This document shows positions 18,764-26,266 of a DNA stretch of 45,302 bases, piece after piece. The stretch covers positions 1 through 45,302 of the forward strand of contig CAKZZK010000047.1 of assembly GCA_937885235.1 (NCBI GenBank). The letters run 5' to 3'. Position 1 is the stretch's first letter. Each line of letters opens with the position of its first letter. Source of the DNA: an uncultured Treponema sp. Its GTDB lineage: Bacteria > Spirochaetota > Spirochaetia > Treponematales > Treponemataceae. Below the pieces are notes generated by a model. It worked only from the letters and a program-made list of their open reading frames with translations. It did not search any database and was not told where the DNA came from. The position numbers were made by a program, and so were the translations under genes.

Positions 18764-18967
18764 TGTTGATAACTAAGTCAAAATTCGCACCAAATCTGTG
18801 GAAAACTGGTGAATTCAGTTCTGATTTGCATCCCCGCGGATTATAGGGAAATGTGATAAATCAAAATAGTTCTTGTATTATAAGCATTTAGAATTCACAA
18901 ATTAATGCACTTTGCACAAAAGAATTCTTTTCTATCCCTGTGGAAAGAATTCAAAAGCTGTGGAAAA
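18764..18967. promoter_or_regulatory. Second DnaA-box-like cluster
   Basis: TGTTGATAA 18764, TGTGGAAAA 18797, CTTTGCACA 18910, TGTGGAAAG 18939, TGTGGAAAA 18959. Confidence 0.55.
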
Positions 18968-19026
18968 CTCAAAAAGCGATGTACAATCTCCCTTTTCCGT
19001 GCTAAAATACAGGCAGGAGGTGACGT

Positions 19027-20955
19027 ATGGTTCCGGTATTTAAAATTGATTTTGATGTCTGTTCCTTCTTCATCTATATATTCGCTATCTATACCTTCTT
19101 CCTCAAAAAGGATATGCGGGGTGCCCAGAACCTGCTTTTGCTGGGGCTTTTGCTGAACGGGCTCATCGCCGTCATTGCGGATGTTTCCAGCGCCCTCATG
19201 CTGCGGAATATGGAACGCTGCCCCCTCGTGCTGGTGGAGCTGGCGAATTATGTGTATTTCGTATTCGAATATATGGTTCCCGCGACCTTTGCCGCCTACG
19301 TCCTCTTCCTGACGGGCGTGCGGAGGAAGTACGGAAAGCTTTTCTTTATCCTGTTCTTCCTGCCCGTCGTCGCAGAGCTGCTGCTCATCATAACGAATTC
19401 CTTTACCCATGCCGTCTGGTACTATACGGACAGCCTTGTCTTTGCCTATGGCCCGCTCAGGATGGTGCTCATCGGCGTGTCCATCGCTTATGAGCTTGCC
19501 AGCCTGTACTTCCTCGTGCGCTATAAGCGCGGCATCCCTGCAAACCAGTATCCTCCGCTCGTTTCTTTCGTCATCATCGGGGTGATGGCAATCTGCCATC
19601 AGGCGCTGCGTCCCCAGTTCCTCATCATGCTGTTCACGCAGTCCCTTGTTTACCTCTTCCTTTTGGTGACGATAGAGAACGAAGATGAACTCATCAATGC
19701 GGAGACGGGAATCTACAACCGCCATCACTTCATACAGCGCACCCGCAAGCTGCTCAACATACAGACGCCCTACAGCCTCCTCATCGTTAAGTTCACGAAC
19801 CGCAAGTATTTTATGTCCGTGCTCGGCGAGAACTTTATGCAGGAGGTGATGGCAAGCATTGCCCGCTACTTGGTGAAGCAGGTGGGAGACAGGAGGCGCG
19901 TCTTTTACTGCGAGAACGGCAACTTTGCTATCATCTTTGAGAAGGAGCACAGCAACGACCTGAAGCCGCTGATGGACGGGCTGTACAACACCTTTGCGAA
20001 GGACTGGGTGCACAAAGACATAGGCGTGGCGTTCAAAGTACAGCTCTGCGTGGTGGACGTACCGCTTGAAATTGGAACGCTCGAAGGACTGCTCACCCTG
20101 CTCGACAGCAGCGGGGAAGGAATGCACGAGCGCGTGACCATCGTTCGCGATGACCTGCTCAAATATATGCAGCGGCAGAGCGCCATAGAAACAGCCATAG
20201 GACGCGCGCTGGAAAACAACGCATTCGAGGTGTATTATCAGCCCATCTGGGACAGGAAGGCGAACAAAATCCGCTCTGCAGAAGCGCTCGTGCGCCTCAA
20301 CGACCCCGACCTTGGCGCCATTCCCCCGTCAGAGTTTATCCCCGTGGCGGAACGGAGCGGCGCTATCACCGCTATAGGCGAGTTCGTGTTCAAGCAGGCG
20401 TGCGACCTGATTTCCCGCCAGTCCGTGCGCACCATCGGGATTGACTTCATCGAGGTAAATCTTTCCGCCGTGCAGTGTATGCACAAGAACCTGCCCGCTG
20501 TCTTTCAGGGGGCGCTGGAGCACTACAGTATAGCGTCCAGTTCCATCAATCTGGAGATTACGGAGAGCTCCGCCGTCAACAGCACGGAAACCTTTGCGGA
20601 GATAATGCAGGACCTGCACAATATTGGCTTTGCCTTTTCCCTCGATGATTTTGGCGCTGACCATGGCGAGGCGTCCTTCCTCTTCAATATGGATTTCAAC
20701 ATCATCAAGCTGGACAAGAGCGTGCTGTGGAAGGCAGAACAGAATGCCGCCGCGCGGATTTTCCTGCAGAACACCGTGCGCATGATAAAGGAGATGAACC
20801 TCAAGATTGTGGTGGAGGGGATTGAGACTGAGGCTCAGAAGGATTTTGTGGCTTCCCTCGGCTGCGATTACTGTCAGGGATATTATTTTTCTAAGCCGCT
20901 GCCTAAAGAAGAATTCCTGGAATATTGCCGAAAATTTAACTGGAACTTTGACTAG
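19027..20955 (+). CDS. Membrane protein with degenerate GGDEF and EAL (c-di-GMP phosphodiesterase) domains
   Basis: About 7 TM segments at the N-terminus. ETGIYNR and CENGNF (degenerate GGDEF). EAL-domain motifs YYQP, AEAL, EITE, DDFG, KLDKS, EGIE, QGYYFSKP. Confidence 0.9.
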   Translation: MVPVFKIDFDVCSFFIYIFAIYTFFLKKDMRGAQNLLLLGLLLNGLIAVIADVSSALMLRNMERCPLVLVELANYVYFVFEYMVPATFAAYVLFLTGVRRKYGKLFFILFFLPVVAELLLIITNSFTHAVWYYTDSLVFAYGPLRMVLIGVSIAYELASLYFLVRYKRGIPANQYPPLVSFVIIGVMAICHQALRPQFLIMLFTQSLVYLFLLVTIENEDELINAETGIYNRHHFIQRTRKLLNIQTPYSLLIVKFTNRKYFMSVLGENFMQEVMASIARYLVKQVGDRRRVFYCENGNFAIIFEKEHSNDLKPLMDGLYNTFAKDWVHKDIGVAFKVQLCVVDVPLEIGTLEGLLTLLDSSGEGMHERVTIVRDDLLKYMQRQSAIETAIGRALENNAFEVYYQPIWDRKANKIRSAEALVRLNDPDLGAIPPSEFIPVAERSGAITAIGEFVFKQACDLISRQSVRTIGIDFIEVNLSAVQCMHKNLPAVFQGALEHYSIASSSINLEITESSAVNSTETFAEIMQDLHNIGFAFSLDDFGADHGEASFLFNMDFNIIKLDKSVLWKAEQNAAARIFLQNTVRMIKEMNLKIVVEGIETEAQKDFVASLGCDYCQGYYFSKPLPKEEFLEYCRKFNWNFD

Positions 20956-20964
20956 GAGGTCTGT

Positions 20965-21714
20965 ATGGCAGAAAGCAAGGAGCAGGCAGAACTGCTCCAG
21001 CAGTTTATAGACGAAAGCCATCGTATCGTTTTTTTTGGCGGCGCAGGAGTGTCCACGGAAAGCGGCATTCCCGATTTTCGCAGTGTGGACGGGCTGTACC
21101 ATCAGGATTGGAAATATCCTCCCGAGCAGATTTTGAGCGGGGACTTTTTTGTGGCAAATCCCACGGAATTCTACCGCTTTTACCGCGCCAAGCTGCTTGT
21201 TGACGGCATAAAGCCCAACGCCGCGCACAAGAAGCTAGCGGAGCTTGAAGCGAAGGGGAAGCTTTCCGCCGTCATCACCCAGAACATTGACGGCCTGCAT
21301 CAGGCAGCGGGGAGCAAGAATGTGCTCGAGGTGCACGGCAGCACGCTGAGGAACCACTGCACGCGCTGCGGCACTTTCTATGATGCGGACTATCTGCGCA
21401 GTCACTTTGGCAGGAGGGGCGTTCCCCTTTGCGAGAAGGAGGGCTGCGGGGCTATCATCAAGCCGGATGTGGTGCTTTACGGGGAGAGCCTTGACGATGA
21501 TGTGGTGCGGCGCTCGATAGAGGCTTTGCAGGAGGCGGATATGCTCATCATCGGGGGCACTTCGCTCACGGTGTACCCTGCGGCGGGGGTTATCAATGCT
21601 TTCCATGGGGGGCATCTGGTGCTTATCAATCGCGATGCTACGGAGAGCGATGGAATTGCGGATCTTGTTATTCATGACAGTATTGGAAAGGTGTTGGACA
21701 AGGTGAAGGTCTGA
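20965..21714 (+). CDS. cobB: NAD-dependent protein deacylase (sirtuin)
   Basis: GAGVSTESGIPDFRS, TQNIDGLH, HGS, Zn-binding cysteines, KPDVVLYGE, GTSLTVYPA. Confidence 0.93.
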   Translation: MAESKEQAELLQQFIDESHRIVFFGGAGVSTESGIPDFRSVDGLYHQDWKYPPEQILSGDFFVANPTEFYRFYRAKLLVDGIKPNAAHKKLAELEAKGKLSAVITQNIDGLHQAAGSKNVLEVHGSTLRNHCTRCGTFYDADYLRSHFGRRGVPLCEKEGCGAIIKPDVVLYGESLDDDVVRRSIEALQEADMLIIGGTSLTVYPAAGVINAFHGGHLVLINRDATESDGIADLVIHDSIGKVLDKVKV

Positions 21715-21788
21715 AATAACGGAGCGCGGTTGCTGGGACGGCGCTCCGCGGCTTGTAACGCGCCAGCCTTTGTGATATACTCGTTTTT

Positions 21789-22682
21789 ATGGAGATTTGT
21801 ACCCTTAGCAATGAGCAGCTGACGGTGGCGGTAAGCGATATGGGAGCAGAGCTTCGTTCTGTGAAGGACAATGCGACTGGCTATGAATATATGTGGCAGG
21901 CAGACCCCGCGTACTGGGGGAGGACTGCCCCTGTCCTTTTTCCCGTAGTGGGCAGTTACCGCGACAAGACGTCGTTCTATGACGGCAAGAAATACACCCT
22001 TGGGCAGCACGGCTTTGCAAGGGACAGCGAATTCTGGCTTTTTGCCCATTCTCCTACAGAGCTGTGGTTTGCCATCAAGGACAGCCCTGCAACGAAGGAA
22101 CACTATCCATTCCGCTTTATGCTCGCCGTGGGCTACCGCCTTGAAGGACGAAAGGTGACGGTAAGCTTCCACGTGCACAACCGCGATACCCGACGCATCT
22201 ATTTCTCTCTGGGAGCGCACCCCGCATTCAACTGCCCGCTTTCTTCGAGCAGGCTGCTCTTTGACACGCAGCAGGATTTGAAAAGCGGCATACTCGGCGC
22301 GGGAGGCACGCTGTCTTCCCGCGAAAAGCTGCTGCACCTTGTTCCAGAGGGGGATTGCGGCGCGCTTCCGCTTTCTCCATCCCTCTTTGACGAAGACGCT
22401 CTCATCCTGGAGCACAATCAGGCGCACCGTGTTTCCCTCGTAACGGAAGAGAACAAGAAGCTTGTTGACGTAGCCTTTGAAGCCCCCGTCTTTGGCATCT
22501 GGTCGCCTGCGGGCAAGGACGCACCCTTTGTCTGCATAGAGCCCTGGTACGGACGCGCCGACCGGGAGGACTTCTGCCAGAAGCTTGAAGAACGCGAATG
22601 GGGCAACACGCTTGCCGCCGGCGAAGACTTTATCCGCAGCTTCTCGATGCATTTCGGCGAGCATGGCTGCAAGAAGCAGTAA
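21789..22682 (+). CDS. Aldose 1-epimerase family protein (LacX-like)
   Basis: GAELRS, APVLFPVVG, QHGFARD, GAHPAF, FVCIEPWYG. Confidence 0.9.
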   Translation: MEICTLSNEQLTVAVSDMGAELRSVKDNATGYEYMWQADPAYWGRTAPVLFPVVGSYRDKTSFYDGKKYTLGQHGFARDSEFWLFAHSPTELWFAIKDSPATKEHYPFRFMLAVGYRLEGRKVTVSFHVHNRDTRRIYFSLGAHPAFNCPLSSSRLLFDTQQDLKSGILGAGGTLSSREKLLHLVPEGDCGALPLSPSLFDEDALILEHNQAHRVSLVTEENKKLVDVAFEAPVFGIWSPAGKDAPFVCIEPWYGRADREDFCQKLEEREWGNTLAAGEDFIRSFSMHFGEHGCKKQ

Positions 22683-22701
22683 CCCCCTGCAGCCATAGGG
22701 T

Positions 22702-23466
22702 TTATTCTACAACCATTATGCTGCTTTTGCTTGTTCCGCGCGCATAATTCTTAAGCTCTGCAACAGGACCGCCGTAGTTCGTCTTTACCGCCAGATAGTA
22801 GCTTGCAAAGGGGATTTCCGCAGGCAGATAGAATTCCAGTTCGGTCGGCTTGTTGCGGCTCACCAGCGACGGGGGAACCTTCGTCCACTTTGCCTCATCC
22901 TGCTCCGTTGCGCCATTTGCCGCAGCCGGAACAAAATAGATGCCGCTCTCCTTTGTGCCCAGCTTGAGGTTGTTCCCCCTTATGCGGACCACCTTTCCCA
23001 ACGGAAGTTCTCCCTTCCTCGCCGCCTGCCAGGTGCTTGCCACCTCGTTGAGCACGGGGGAATTGTCGGCGAGCACAATCTTGTCCACCTGTATGTTTTC
23101 CGCAGCTTTCTGCACCGCCTCTGACGGACGGAAGCGCACGCTGAATCCCTTCACCGAGCTGTCGCCCGGCTGAATCCTGTTCTTGCGCCCCGCCGTGCTT
23201 ATGTACAGCACGCCGAGCCCGAAAAGGTCCACGCACTTGCCCTGTTCAAGATTGAAGAGCACCGCCTTTTTCAGCAGTTCCGCCGAATGCTCTATGGCAA
23301 AACTGTCGATGCCCGGCGTGCCGAGCGCCTCCAGATCTGCGATGAGGTTGTTCAGGCTCACCACATTGCGCGACACGCGCCCAAAGTAGCTGCCGTCCTT
23401 CTTCAGATAGTTGGTGTGCAGCGTGACGCTGAGCCTGCTGTCTGACATCTTGTATTTGCTTTCCAT
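22702..23466 (-). CDS. HU-like DNA-binding domain protein with C-terminal Ig-like domain (DUF4469-like)
   Basis: Start moved to MESKYK (AGGAG RBS). LEQGKCVDLFGLGVLYIS..VRFRPSE is HU-like. VRIRGNNLKL..GIYFVP..NKPTELEFYLP..YYLAVKTNY is Ig-like. Confidence 0.75.
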   Translation of the reverse strand: MESKYKMSDSRLSVTLHTNYLKKDGSYFGRVSRNVVSLNNLIADLEALGTPGIDSFAIEHSAELLKKAVLFNLEQGKCVDLFGLGVLYISTAGRKNRIQPGDSSVKGFSVRFRPSEAVQKAAENIQVDKIVLADNSPVLNEVASTWQAARKGELPLGKVVRIRGNNLKLGTKESGIYFVPAAANGATEQDEAKWTKVPPSLVSRNKPTELEFYLPAEIPFASYYLAVKTNYGGPVAELKNYARGTSKSSIMVVE

Positions 23467-23637
23467 AAAAACTCCTGCCATCCCGTTTCCCGATGGCTGC
23501 TGTTTGCCGGTACAGATACCCTGTACTTCCCGTCCCAAAGACTGCAGAACCTTTCCGCCGTCTGACCATTCCCTTGCAAGGTGAGGCATCGCTAGCCTCG
23601 CTTTTAATATACGTCAGAAAAATCGCCCCTGTTTGTA

Positions 23638-23696
23638 AAGATTTCTCTACAAACTTGACGGTTTCCCCTGTGAACTTGTCAAGATTTCTCTACAAA
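23638..23696. repeat. 16-bp direct repeat
   Basis: AAGATTTCTCTACAAA at 23638 and 23681. Confidence 0.8.
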
Positions 23697-23720
23697 TCTG
23701 TGCTTTCACCTCTTTGTTCC

Positions 23721-23836
23721 TAAAACAAAACGTCTTAGCGCCTAAAACATTTCGTTTTAAGCGCTAAGACAAAACGTTTTAAAGCCTGAGACAAACTGTT
23801 TTACGTCATAAAACAGAATGTTTTATGACGTAAGGC
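23721..23836. repeat. Tandem array, 5 x 22 bp, TAAAAC-N5-GTTTTA-N5
   Basis: Units start at 23721, 23743, 23765, 23787 and 23809. GTTTTAAAGCCTGAGAC is shared exactly with the 17550 array. Confidence 0.88.
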
Positions 23837-23898
23837 GGATGCGATCTGAAATTGCTTTGAGTGATTGACGGAAATGAAATAGTGGTATATATTAAAAC

Positions 23899-23986
23899 AA
23901 ACGGGGACGCTTACAAATGAAGCGACAGCCTCCGTTAGCAGTGATGTAAACCGCCCGCGAAAGTTGTCACACTAGGGTGTTTTTTT
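23899..23986 (+). ncRNA. Candidate small RNA (or 10-codon ORF)
   Basis: Promoter TTGACG (23865), 17 nt, TATATT (23888). A 5' hairpin and a 3' hairpin ending in a T tract. No sizeable ORF. Confidence 0.4.
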
Positions 23987-24017
23987 ATGTTCTTACTTCT
24001 ATTCAAAAGCGTTTGTT

Positions 24018-24344
24018 CTATTTCTCGAAATAATTCTCGCAGAATGTCTCGAATGACTTTACCTGCCCGTTCAGAATTGCTTTGAAGGCATTTATCACAA
24101 AGTCATAATTCTCAGTCTTGACATTCTCTTTGTCCGCAAACAAATCAGAAACATTCGCATCCAATGCATCAGAAAGCTTTGCGAGAATTGCGGGCGACGG
24201 AAATTTGTTTGCGCACTCAATCTGTGACAAAAACGGAACCGAGATTTCTGCCTTTTCCGCAAGTTCTGCCTGTGAAATATTCTGAATCGCCCTGAAGGCT
24301 TTGATGTTCCGTGCAAGATTGTTCCTGATTTGTGCCTCTGTCAT
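24018..24344 (-). CDS. XRE-family HTH transcriptional regulator
   Basis: NIKAFRAIQNISQAELAEKAEISVPFLSQIE..PS..LAKLSDAL; start moved to MTEAQ. Confidence 0.9.
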   Translation of the reverse strand: MTEAQIRNNLARNIKAFRAIQNISQAELAEKAEISVPFLSQIECANKFPSPAILAKLSDALDANVSDLFADKENVKTENYDFVINAFKAILNGQVKSFETFCENYFEK

Positions 24345-24381
24345 CTTGTATGTTTCCCTATAGATACTGCATATATTACTA

Positions 24382-24732
24382 ATAGAAAAAGTCAGCTGTC
24401 CTACTATGAAAGCGAACAAGAATGACTTTGGCGAAGTGTTGAAATGGGCTCATGAGCATAAAATTCGAGCCACGACTGATTATATCATTATGGCTCGTTA
24501 TGACCATACAGCGGATAACCTTGCAAACCGCCTTGATGTTGATGAAGTCGGTAGGGTTATAAATGATGTTATGCTTGGCGACGAAACTTATCAAGATGAA
24601 ATCTTAAAACCTGATTTTGAGGATAATTGCAAAAAATTTGTTCATAATCCTGAACGCAGACTTTGTGGCGTAGGCGTTTCCTCATTGCAGCGTCAAGGAA
24701 AAAACTGTAAAAGTGACTCTCGCGCATTGTAA
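24382..24732 (+). pseudogene. Internal fragment of a radical SAM/SPASM protein
   Basis: VSCPTMKANK..TDYIIMARYDH...LCGVGVSSL resembles the barrel end and SPASM start. The CxxxCxxC motif and the remaining SPASM cysteines are absent. Confidence 0.6.
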
Positions 24733-24916
24733 AAATTTATCATCAATTCTTACAGTTTTTCAAAAATATCCTCAACTTAGTGGTGATACTGCAATAATTC
24801 CAAAACAAAATCTAAAAATTCTCTCAAGATTTGGTTACGAAAATCGTCTATATTATGGAAGTGATTTTCCTATCAACCAAGTTTTTGAATTTAAGCAAAG
24901 GAAGCAAAAGTTTTAG
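24713..24916 (+). pseudogene. C-terminal fragment of an amidohydrolase-family protein
   Basis: KYPQLSGDTA..ENRLYYGSDFP matches the amidohydrolase_2 C-terminal motif; only 67 aa. Confidence 0.5.
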
Positions 24917-24979
24917 GATGATTTCATAAATCAAAAAAGACTTAGACTAATTTCCCGTGGGAGCGCTGTCCCACATCCG

Positions 24980-25056
24980 AATCTAAACTTTAGATTATAT
25001 TCCAAACTTTACCTTGATTTTTCTAAAACTTGGGATTATAATCCAAACTATGGCTG
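24980..25056 (+). promoter_or_regulatory. Promoter overlapped by four imperfect 17-bp repeats
   Basis: TTGATT (25014), 17 nt, TATAAT (25037). AATCTAAACTTTAGATT-like units at 24980, 24999, 25021 and 25040. Confidence 0.6.
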
Positions 25057-26249
25057 ATATAGCACGCACCGACTTCCTTGAACGGCTCAAGGCTCATAAA
25101 GACAAGCACGTCATAAAAGTAATCACGGGCGTGCGGCGCTGCGGCAAATCCACTTTGATGGCTATGTTCAAAGACTATCTGCTTCAAAGCGGCGTTCTGC
25201 CTTCCCAAATCATCTTTCTGAATTTTGAAGATTATGACAATTTTGAGCTTTTAAATCCGAAAAATCTCCATGACTATGTTAAGTCCTGTCTGTATGAGGG
25301 AGGCATGACATACGTTTTCTTTGATGAAATTCAGAATGTCGAAAATTTTCAGCGCGTTGTAGACAGCCTTTTTCTGAAGCAAGACATCGATCTTTATATA
25401 ACAGGCAGCAATGCGTACTTGCTTTCTGGGGAACTTGCCACACTGCTTTCGGGGAGGTTTGTCACAATAGAAATGCTTCCCCTTTCGTTCAAGGAATTTT
25501 CTTCTGTGTTTGGACAAAATATGTCGCTTTCAGAAAAATACCGTCGGTATGTGGAGCAGAGCTCTTTTCCGTATGCCCTGCATTTTGGGAACGACAAAAA
25601 AGAGGTTATGGATTATCTGAGCGGGATTTTCAGCACGATTGTCTTAAAAGATGTCGTTTCACGCAATAAAATTGCTGACCCTAAAATGCTGGAAAGCGTC
25701 GTCCGCTTTATTTTCAGCAGCATTGGAAGCCCTGTTTCCGCAAAGAAGATTGCTGACACTATGGTTTCAGCAGGAAGGAAAATCGATGCAAAGACCATAG
25801 AGAAATATATTTCTGCCCTGCAGGACAGCTTCATAATTTATGAGGCAAAGAGGTATGATGTAAAAGGCAAGCTGTACCTGAAACTTCTGGAAAAATACTA
25901 TGCGGTCGATACGGGACTGCGCTTCCTTCTTCTGGGGCAGAAAGGAAACGACACGGGGCATATCCTTGAAAATATCGTGTATCTGGAGCTCCTCCGCCGA
26001 CGCTACGATGTGTATGTAGGCAAACTTGACGATATGGAGATTGATTTTGTGGCGCAAAATCAGGAGGGAAACACGTATATCCAAGTTTCGGCAACGGTCA
26101 GGGATGAAAGCACGCTGGCGAGGGAGCTGCGCCCCCTCAGGCTCATCCGAGACAGTTACCCGAAGCTGCTGCTTACGCTCGACGATGACCCCGTGGCTGA
26201 TTACGATGGGATAAAGCGTATGAATGCCCTCGAATGGCTTGTGGGATAG
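25050..26249 (+). CDS. AAA+ ATPase (AAA_14 + DUF4143 family)
   Basis: GVRRCGKST, FFDEIQ, TGSNA, LSGRF, KYYAVDTGLR, ENIVYLEL, EIDFVA..IQV. Confidence 0.92.
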   Translation: MADIARTDFLERLKAHKDKHVIKVITGVRRCGKSTLMAMFKDYLLQSGVLPSQIIFLNFEDYDNFELLNPKNLHDYVKSCLYEGGMTYVFFDEIQNVENFQRVVDSLFLKQDIDLYITGSNAYLLSGELATLLSGRFVTIEMLPLSFKEFSSVFGQNMSLSEKYRRYVEQSSFPYALHFGNDKKEVMDYLSGIFSTIVLKDVVSRNKIADPKMLESVVRFIFSSIGSPVSAKKIADTMVSAGRKIDAKTIEKYISALQDSFIIYEAKRYDVKGKLYLKLLEKYYAVDTGLRFLLLGQKGNDTGHILENIVYLELLRRRYDVYVGKLDDMEIDFVAQNQEGNTYIQVSATVRDESTLARELRPLRLIRDSYPKLLLTLDDDPVADYDGIKRMNALEWLVG

Positions 26250-26266
26250 CGCACGGGGATTTTCTC

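Noticed and set aside
18895..21228. 410-aa and 299-aa minus-strand ORFs
   Set aside because: Antisense shadows of the EAL gene and cobB
20965..21714. Sirtuin as an anti-phage SIR2 effector
   Set aside because: A canonical Zn-binding CobB-type deacylase of normal length with no defence partner
23467..23600. c-di-GMP-I riboswitch in the HU-like gene leader
   Set aside because: GGCAAAC and GAAA are present, but the following GACGCAAA and P3 elements are not
17550..23836. 22-bp arrays as CRISPR arrays
   Set aside because: The variable parts are only 5 nt, the repeats are degenerate, and no cas genes are present
17550..23836. Segment between the two arrays as a mobile element
   Set aside because: No integrase or transposase and no exact att-like terminal duplication; the cargo is ordinary metabolic genes
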